Shown: positions 1 to 6,694 of the stretch, piece by piece | Layout: each line of letters starts with the position of its first letter | How positions within the stretch are numbered: the first letter of the stretch is position 1 | DNA from: Heteronotia binoei | Taxonomy: Eukaryota | NCBI RefSeq assembly: GCF_032191835.1 | Contig: NC_083224.1 | Coordinates: 51,460,001 to 51,524,000 of the forward strand | Direction of reading: 5' to 3' | Length of the DNA stretch: 64,000 bases | Notes under the pieces: model-generated | What the model saw: the letters and a program-made list of their open reading frames with translations, nothing else | Told to the model about the DNA's origin: nothing | Database searches by the model: none | Made by a program: the position numbers and the translations under genes

Positions 1-36
1 GTTGAAAAAAATCTATTATTTAGTATTCTGCAGTGT

Positions 37-415
37 TTGCCCCCCCAGTCGGAAGAACGAGACAACACGGTGTGTGGGTTTAAAACAGGGCAACTTTATT
101 AAAACCAACAGCATGGGGCAACCTAACTGACCGGACCGGCGAAGGGTACTCCACAACCCTTCCCGGACCCGGTGGGCGAACCACCCCGCCCCCAGCAGCA
201 GCCGAAAGACTAGCTGCTGCCAGGCCGGCCTGGTCGGGTGTAACCTCCAAATGTCGCAGCCGCCCTTACCGGAACGGCTCGCTAAACGAGGTAACCCTGT
301 GGCGAGAAGGACAGCAGAGGGCCGTTTTAACCCAGCTGCCGTCCATCATCCGCCACTTCCCTTACGGGGAAAACCACGGGTGGTCACCAAAACAAACCTG
401 CCTTCAAATCCCGCC
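37..415 (-). repeat. Split direct repeat B2 (379 bp), partner B1 at 755-1133
   Basis: Exact match at offset 718 from ttgcccccccagtc to aaatcccgcc. Mismatches occur at 36/754 and 416/1134. Confidence 0.95.
95..100 (-). terminator. AATAAA polyadenylation signal in B2 (duplicated in B1 at 813-818)
   Basis: Sense AATAAA followed by the GU-rich stretch gtgttgtctcgttctt. The signal is retained in both solo copies (51474-51479, 49036-49041). Confidence 0.7.
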
Positions 416-456
416 CAAATAAAGTTACCTAACGAGAAGCCCAGCCTCAAGACAAC

Positions 457-557
457 AGTACAAGGTAGGCGAAAAACATCCCAACTCAGGCCAATCAGAT
501 GGGATGAAAAAATTCCTACCTGGCCCCGAAACAACGGCGACCGGAGGAGCCTGTACT
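457..557 (-). ncRNA. Structured cis-RNA element in the A2-B2 spacer, ENE-like (U-rich internal loop between two stems)
   Basis: Sense AGUACA...AGGUAGG-AAUUUUUU-CAUCCCA-loop-UGGGAUG-UUUUUCG-CCUACCU-UGUACU. The same 101-nt span is present at 48536-48636 and 51844-51944 with compensatory changes. Confidence 0.7.
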
Positions 558-578
558 ATTGCAGGGTGGGAGGGAGGG

Positions 579-756
579 CCGAAAACGGCCAGCGAAGTGC
601 GTGGCCGGGGGCGCGGTCTGGCTAAAAAGCCCCATAACCACGCCCCCAAAGCTTCCCCGGATGACGGAGCCGTTTGCCTCGCTCCATCCGGGGAGGCAAA
701 CTCGGCCCCCGCCCTAAAGCCAGCTGAAGCAGGCACGGGCGGGAAGGGGCCGGATT
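579..756 (-). repeat. Split direct repeat A2 (178 bp), partner A1 at 6187-6364
   Basis: Exact match at offset 5608 from ccgaaaacggcc to ggggccggatt. Confidence 0.95.
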
Positions 757-1133
757 GCCCCCCCAGTCGGAAGAACGAGACAACACGGTGTGTGGGTTTA
801 AAACAGGGCAACTTTATTAAAACCAACAGCATGGGGCAACCTAACTGACCGGACCGGCGAAGGGTACTCCACAACCCTTCCCGGACCCGGTGGGCGAACC
901 ACCCCGCCCCCAGCAGCAGCCGAAAGACTAGCTGCTGCCAGGCCGGCCTGGTCGGGTGTAACCTCCAAATGTCGCAGCCGCCCTTACCGGAACGGCTCGC
1001 TAAACGAGGTAACCCTGTGGCGAGAAGGACAGCAGAGGGCCGTTTTAACCCAGCTGCCGTCCATCATCCGCCACTTCCCTTACGGGGAAAACCACGGGTG
1101 GTCACCAAAACAAACCTGCCTTCAAATCCCGCC
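755..1133 (-). repeat. Split direct repeat B1 (379 bp)
   Basis: Identical to 37-415. The ORF track gives the same 55-aa translation at 251 and 969. Confidence 0.95.
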
Positions 1134-1154
1134 ACCACAATGCCAAGCCTCAGC

Positions 1155-1756
1155 TTAGGCACTTGTGCCCACCGGCAGGCCTAAAGCCAGCCGAAGCCCC
1201 AGCTGTAGGTCCCGAAGAAAGGCCCTGTTGCCAGCCGCGGACAGGTGGACGCCATCTGGTCGATACAGGTCCGCCATATAAGACCTAATGCCCGGGTGGG
1301 GAAGGTAAATACCAAGGCCCCCGGCGAGCGCCCTCCGCATCGCCCTGTTAGCCTTGCGCCGAGCCCTCTCGACGCCGGCCGGGTTCAAAGCCGACCTCCA
1401 CACCCGCCGTGGGAGGATGGCGGACCACACTATCAACACCTCGGGCCACCTGCTCCGCACCACCTGGAGGTCCTCGATCGCCTGGTGAGACAGGGCCCTC
1501 CCCTGCACCAGGCCCAGATCGTTGCCCCCAAGGTGAATCACCAGTATCTGAGGCGGGAGACCTTCCCCCTCCCGGAACAAAAGCGGCAAGAGGCCGTCCC
1601 AACGTAGGCCACGGCGCCCCTGCCATTCCAACACTGCCCGCTCGCTGAGGCCCAACTGAGAACCAAAGGGGGACCGCCGAGCAAAATGGGCAGCCCAGAA
1701 TATCATGCTGTGGCCGGCGATCAAGATCCTTGTCCTCTCGCCGCTCGCCACAGCAC
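1155..1756 (-). CDS. SGNH/GDSL-type hydrolase (esterase) ORF of the Ngaro element; no initiating ATG, probably a spliced exon
   Basis: Blocks GHS (I), HLGGND (III) and DGVH (V) are present. The ORF-track start at 1751 is GTG. Branch point, polypyrimidine tract and CAG end at 1757. Confidence 0.85.
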
Positions 1757-1799
1757 CTGAAACAAGAAAGGTAACAATGTGAGAAAAACAACCAACCCC

Positions 1800-2681
1800 T
1801 CAATGGGTAATGGGGCGAACATAGCCCTTGTAAGCCGTGGACCTCCACCGTCCCACCTTCTGAATCGCGGGCCCCGGGTAGCCCATGGCTGCTGCCGTTG
1901 ATGCCGCCCCAATGCGGAAGGAATGAGTCCCAAAATGGACTCCCCCGAGGCCAAGCCTATCCAGGGCCCGGCTGGTTATAGACCAAAACTGAAATTTGGT
2001 CAATGGGGACCCATCCTCGTGCCGAAATAGAGGCCCCGCATCATCGCCCCGAACAGCGATATAATCCCTGAAGGCCGCCACCGGGCAGATATCCGTGTCA
2101 TCACACCCACCCAGTGAGATGCTCGTACCACGCTGTTTTTGATCCGTCTTTGACCTGCGTATTGAAATGACCACACAGTCAGCCTGCATTTTTACGTCAC
2201 CCAACTGCAGGGCCCGCTGAGAGCGGTCCTGCCGGGAGCTGACCACCAGCTCGCTCACTCTGAGCGCCCCAAAAAATGCCATCATGGACGCTGCCTGAAA
2301 AAGGGTCGCCTCAAAATTGGAAAAACAAACTGCAGGCCAGGCTGACCTGAGGCCCTTCAAAACCGTAGGAGAAAAGGGTTGCCTGTTGTCGGGTCGCGGA
2401 CCTTGCTCCCGCGCCCAACCCTCCAGCATTTTCCTCAATCTAAAATCATCGGTGCGATCGGGTAAACCCCTACTTTTTGCATGAAAAGCGAGGGCGGCCA
2501 ACTTGGCCCTGATCGTTTTAACAACAAGACCCTTACCTCTCAAGTGAACACAAAACTGCATGAGGTGGGCCACCGGGACCGGCCACCGGTTGGCCAACCC
2601 CACCAGCTCCCTAAAGGACCGGAACTGGTGTACCGAAAGATCGTAGGCCTTCCGGGTAGAAGGCGCCAGTGCCAGCATCAT
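1800..2681 (-). CDS. Tyrosine recombinase (YR)
   Basis: Catalytic motifs ALRVSEL (R), RRSKTDQ (K), HSFRIGAA (HxxR) and GRWRSTAYKGY (W, Y). The N-terminal APSTRKAY helix domain is present. The first in-frame ATG, at 2681, overlaps the RT stop codon. Confidence 0.93.
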   Translation of the reverse strand: MMLALAPSTRKAYDLSVHQFRSFRELVGLANRWPVPVAHLMQFCVHLRGKGLVVKTIRAKLAALAFHAKSRGLPDRTDDFRLRKMLEGWAREQGPRPDNRQPFSPTVLKGLRSAWPAVCFSNFEATLFQAASMMAFFGALRVSELVVSSRQDRSQRALQLGDVKMQADCVVISIRRSKTDQKQRGTSISLGGCDDTDICPVAAFRDYIAVRGDDAGPLFRHEDGSPLTKFQFWSITSRALDRLGLGGVHFGTHSFRIGAASTAAAMGYPGPAIQKVGRWRSTAYKGYVRPITH

Positions 2682-4531
2682 TGCTCTGTTGGCCTCGAGT
2701 CTCCAAGCCGCCACATCTCTGGGGGCATCCGAGCCGGCAGGAGATCGGCCTCTGGTGCAAGAAGGCGGAAGCGCTCCATCTGCCGACGAGACAGAGCATC
2801 CGCCACCCCATTGCAAACTCCGGGCACATGCTTAGCACAAAACAAAACATTTAACCTTAAACAGCTTAACACAAAGGCCCTCACAAGGCGCATAACCGGG
2901 ACTGACTTGGAAGACAACGTGTTGATCACGTGTACCACAGCTAAATTGTCACACCAGAAGTGGACCACCCGGTTTGCCAAAGCAGGGCCCCATAACCTAA
3001 TTGCAACTACTATAGGAAAAAATTCCAAGAAAGTTAAATTCCTGCAGAGGCCGCTAGCAAGCCATTCGGTGGGCCACACCTCCGCACACCAGTGGCCCCG
3101 AAAGTAAACACCGAAGCCGACCGCCCCGGAGGCATCGGATGTGACTTGGAGTTCAGCTTCCAGTTTCAACTCCTCGCGCCAAAAGGACACCCCGTTGAAA
3201 TTGGCCAGAAAACGCTCCCAGACCTGCAAGTCAAGCCGCATGCCCTGAGTAACCCTCACTCGATGGTGGGGGCGGCGCAAACCCGACATAGCGTCGCAAA
3301 GGCGCCGCAAAAATGCTCTCCCCGGGGCGACCACCTTGCAGGCGAAGTTCAAGTGGCCCACAAGAGTCTGGAGCTCAAGGAGAGACAGCTTACGTTGGCC
3401 CTTGGCGGCGGCCAACATCTGCTTCAGCCTATTAATTTTGTCAGCAGGTAACCTGGAAGCCTGATCAACCGAATCCAACTCAATGCCCAAGAAGGTTAAT
3501 CTGGTCACCGGGCCTTCGGTCTTTTCAGGGGCAAGCGGTAGACCCAGCTCAGCCGCCAAGCCCTGGAAGGACTGGAGCAAGTGGGCGCATTGGCCCGTCC
3601 CTTGGCGGCCTACAAACAAAAAATCGTCCAAATAATGGACCGTAGAGGCGGAACCGGATCGTGCTCGCAAGGCCCATTCAATGAAAGTGCTAAAACGCTC
3701 AAAAGCTGAGCAGGAGATAGAACATCCCATTGGCAGGGCTCGATCCATATAAAACTTCCCCTCAAAGGTGAAACCCAGGAGCTCGAAGTCTTGCGGGTGT
3801 ACCGGCAAAAGGCGAAATGCTGACTTAATGTCGCATTTCGCCATTTCGGCCCCCGGGCCACAACTTCGCACGATCGCGACAGCCTGATCAAATGAGGTGT
3901 ATCTCACTGAACAGAGGGATTCAGGTATGGCGTCATTAACCGAGCCGCCCTTAGGATAGGAGAGGTGGTGAATCAACCGAAACTCCCCAGGTGCCTTCTT
4001 AGGCACTACCCCCAACGGGGATACCCTCAAATTGGGAACTGGGGGGCTGTCGAAAGGGCCTAAAACACGGCCCTCCTTGCATTCCTTCAGGATCTTTTCA
4101 CGAACCACCGTTTCCATACCTTTGACCGACTGCAAGTTCCTGGCCATACAGGGGCCCCTGGGACCCTGAAAAGGGATGCGGAAACCATAACAAAACCCAT
4201 CTAACAAATAAACTCGGTCGCGGGAGCGCGGGTAACCAACTAACAACTTCTTAAGGACCGTCACCTTGATGGGGCTGGGGCCCTTTTCCAACTGCTTGGG
4301 AGCTGCTATTACTCCCGGTCCGCTTGGCGCCGGCTCGGGGCTTTGTTTTGTTACATGAGACCAGGGAATGGGACCCGCCACACAGGGGGCACTCGTGCCT
4401 GTATTTACACGGCTTCCTGTTACAACCCCCTTGGGACGAGAAATCCCAACACACCAGCCGGGGTTGAACCGGCTGCCCCGCCGACGCGCGGGTACCAGAT
4501 GCGGATACATGCCTGTTAACGAGGTGGCCAC
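2678..4531 (-). CDS. Reverse transcriptase / RNase H
   Basis: RT motifs KCDIKSAFRLLP, LPMGCSISC and YLDDF. RNase H motifs TSDASG, LEFFPI, CDNLAVV and NGVADALSR. The frame opens at 4621, the first ATG is at 4510, and it lies +1 relative to gag. Confidence 0.95.
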   Translation of the reverse strand: MATSLTGMYPHLVPARRRGSRFNPGWCVGISRPKGVVTGSRVNTGTSAPCVAGPIPWSHVTKQSPEPAPSGPGVIAAPKQLEKGPSPIKVTVLKKLLVGYPRSRDRVYLLDGFCYGFRIPFQGPRGPCMARNLQSVKGMETVVREKILKECKEGRVLGPFDSPPVPNLRVSPLGVVPKKAPGEFRLIHHLSYPKGGSVNDAIPESLCSVRYTSFDQAVAIVRSCGPGAEMAKCDIKSAFRLLPVHPQDFELLGFTFEGKFYMDRALPMGCSISCSAFERFSTFIEWALRARSGSASTVHYLDDFLFVGRQGTGQCAHLLQSFQGLAAELGLPLAPEKTEGPVTRLTFLGIELDSVDQASRLPADKINRLKQMLAAAKGQRKLSLLELQTLVGHLNFACKVVAPGRAFLRRLCDAMSGLRRPHHRVRVTQGMRLDLQVWERFLANFNGVSFWREELKLEAELQVTSDASGAVGFGVYFRGHWCAEVWPTEWLASGLCRNLTFLEFFPIVVAIRLWGPALANRVVHFWCDNLAVVHVINTLSSKSVPVMRLVRAFVLSCLRLNVLFCAKHVPGVCNGVADALSRRQMERFRLLAPEADLLPARMPPEMWRLGDSRPTEQ

Positions 4532-5768
4532 TATCAGACCTATCCCCAGAGTTGGGCTTGGCCGGTGACATAAGCTGGAGCCACAACTGCTGGTGAATGT
4601 GGTCCCATGGGATGGTAGGGTTCAATGCCGCCCTCATCCGGAACTCCTCGTCATACTGCAACCATGCAGCGCCGGAGAAGTCCGTGTAGGCCTTAAAAAT
4701 TATATCCAGGTATTGAAAAAGAGGTGCGGCCCGTAAAGGCTGCGCCCGCGCGACAACCCCGGCATAGATTAAGAAACCGGGCAACCAATTGGACCAGTTA
4801 CGCTCAACCTTGCGGCGTTTGATCCTCTCTTTGTCCTTCTCGTCTAAATCTTCTTTTTCTTTCTTTTCTAACTCCCGATAGAGAAGGGCAAAGACATCAA
4901 CGTATTCACCCCGGAGAATTTTTTCCCGGGTGGCCGGCGTGAGGTGATCACCCAAAGGCATAGCGGTGTCACCAAAAGGGCGGCAATGGAAGGGGACTGA
5001 TCCCAACAAATTTGGTGGGCAGCCCCACCCCCCCCACTGAGGAACCGTCCAACCCGGTGCAGGGATGCTACCCCATTGAAAACCCCACGGCAAGGAACCC
5101 GAGGGGGGCGGTTGCCCACCGGAACCAAGAGGGGCTGAAGGAGTAGGCGTAGACCCTGCTCCGAGTGGAGGGGTCCAAGGCAAAATCTGTCCCTGACCCG
5201 AAGAGCCAGCTGCAGCTGCTGCGTTGAAAGCAAACATAGGACCAACAGAAGACCCCTGGCCAAGGTTGGCCAGAGGGAGTGCCGGGCTTGTCGGACCCCA
5301 GGGGTTCAAACCCCCCCACGGCCAAGAGCCAGGAACGCACGGGAGGCCTTGCTTACCGTCTGGCACCACACCTGCAGGAGCCCCAGCCGGGACGGCGCCA
5401 CCAACATCCTCCGGGCGAGCAGGCACTTCTGGATGATTACCTTCATCTGCATCCGAACTGTCGTCCTGAGGTTCTGGTCCCGCTCCACCTGATGGCCCAG
5501 GCAGGGCCGCCATCTCCTGCAAAGATGAGAGACGAGCCAGGACCTCCTGCTCGAAGGCCCTGGTGGACGTCCTAGCTGCCTTACGGCCCCGCCCAGGGAG
5601 GGATTGCACATCCACTCCATGGTGCCTTTCTAAAGCCTCAAGGCTGGCTACAATAGCCTGCCTAGTTTGGGCCTCCTGTTCAACTCCAGGGGGCCCACTG
5701 GGAATGGGCCTTTTCTGGCCAGCCTTTAAGGGCTGCTTGCCCTTAGATTTCCCTTGCCCCTTAGGCAT
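4251..5768 (-). CDS. Gag-like ORF1 (505 aa from MPKGQGK)
   Basis: Pro/Gly-rich middle and a helical YxxxFRxRAA core. C-terminal Cys/His cluster CWDF...CNRKPCKYRHECPLCGGSH, typical of DIRS/Ngaro Gag. The ORF-track extension to 6086 has no ATG. Confidence 0.85.
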   Translation of the reverse strand: MPKGQGKSKGKQPLKAGQKRPIPSGPPGVEQEAQTRQAIVASLEALERHHGVDVQSLPGRGRKAARTSTRAFEQEVLARLSSLQEMAALPGPSGGAGPEPQDDSSDADEGNHPEVPARPEDVGGAVPAGAPAGVVPDGKQGLPCVPGSWPWGGLNPWGPTSPALPLANLGQGSSVGPMFAFNAAAAAGSSGQGQILPWTPPLGAGSTPTPSAPLGSGGQPPPSGSLPWGFQWGSIPAPGWTVPQWGGWGCPPNLLGSVPFHCRPFGDTAMPLGDHLTPATREKILRGEYVDVFALLYRELEKKEKEDLDEKDKERIKRRKVERNWSNWLPGFLIYAGVVARAQPLRAAPLFQYLDIIFKAYTDFSGAAWLQYDEEFRMRAALNPTIPWDHIHQQLWLQLMSPAKPNSGDRSDSGHLVNRHVSASGTRASAGQPVQPRLVCWDFSSQGGCNRKPCKYRHECPLCGGSHSLVSCNKTKPRAGAKRTGSNSSSQAVGKGPQPHQGDGP

Positions 5769-6186
5769 AATGATTCCCAGGCACTGGCAAAAAGCCTCTA
5801 GCAGGACCCAGCAGCACCTGTGTACCAGGCTGATAATTGTAGAGAGGAAGAGAAACAAGCAACCCCGACCACCAGCCCCCAGAGGGAAGAGTCCTAGGCT
5901 CCAATTACACCCAAAACTCCCTGGAATGCAAGCTATAACGGCAGCAGACCAAAAACAGGAAGGGGTGGGTGGGTGGGGGAAAAACGAAACCTGGCGCGGC
6001 CGATAGCCGCGCGTGCGAAGCCCGCCCGTCAGCTGTTCAGCGGCGAAACGGGTCCCAATTGCGGCGAAGAAAAAAGCGGCCGTCACAGGGAAGCCCTCGT
6101 CGACTGCAGCGGCTCACACGCCAACCCGACGACGCTGCAAGGCCCAGCCGCGCCCCGACGGAGGTAAGCCGAACGCTGCTTCCCAC

Positions 6187-6364
6187 CCGAAAACGGCCAG
6201 CGAAGTGCGTGGCCGGGGGCGCGGTCTGGCTAAAAAGCCCCATAACCACGCCCCCAAAGCTTCCCCGGATGACGGAGCCGTTTGCCTCGCTCCATCCGGG
6301 GAGGCAAACTCGGCCCCCGCCCTAAAGCCAGCTGAAGCAGGCACGGGCGGGAAGGGGCCGGATT
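6187..6364 (-). promoter_or_regulatory. Split direct repeat A1; probable element promoter
   Basis: Identical to 579-756. The sense strand has GC/GT boxes (gggcggggg, gggggcgtgg) followed by a T/A patch (ctttttag; ttttataag in the 52 kb copy, ctatatc in the 48 kb copy). The promoter role is inferred. Confidence 0.6.
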
Positions 6365-6694
6365 TACATAGGAAAGAAAATAATCAATGCCCTTGTTTCT
6401 TGCTTTGTATCTCACACAAACCTACCTATAAGAGACTTTATTAGTGAATGGATTATGAAGATCTTCAGATCTCATTTAAAATAATTTATGGCAGTTATGT
6501 AGAACTATGCTGGTCTCCAGTCATTTTCACTTTTTAGAGAATATCTCATGATAAAGCTAAATATCTTAAGATAAACCTAATGCTGATACCTCAAGGGTCC
6601 ACAACAAAGCCATTCTCCCATTTGTGCTCAAATTCTACCCTTGGATCTTGCAATAGATGTCTAGTTGTCTAGTAATCATAACAGTGATCATATT

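Larger units (their letters stand above)
37..6364 (-). mobile_element. Full-length Ngaro-type (DIRS order, tyrosine recombinase) retrotransposon with split direct repeats
   Basis: Minus-strand order A1(6364-6187)-gag-RT/RH-YR-SGNH-B1(1133-755)-A2(756-579)-spacer-B2(415-37). The A and B copies read as identical, and the ORFs are uninterrupted. Both ends and the internal A2/B1 junction share a TT dinucleotide. Confidence 0.95.

Noticed and set aside
457-557. Self-cleaving ribozyme interpretation of the spacer structure
   Set aside because: No hammerhead CUGANGA/GAAA core, and no HDV, twister or pistol topology could be matched by eye.
251-1184. Plus-strand ORFs 251-625, 504-848 and 969-1184, plus 6013-6444
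   Set aside because: These are GC-rich antisense frames over the non-coding split repeats. Their identical peptides only reflect the repeat duplication.
1752-1802. YR-SGNH fusion by stop-codon read-through (same frame)
   Set aside because: Formally possible, but the UGA-G context is unfavourable and the intervening sequence is a complete 3' splice site. Kept only as an alternative.
5769-6086. 106-aa N-terminal extension of Gag in the ORF track
   Set aside because: It starts at a non-ATG codon and has low-complexity leader composition with splice-like tracts. The first ATG is at 5768.
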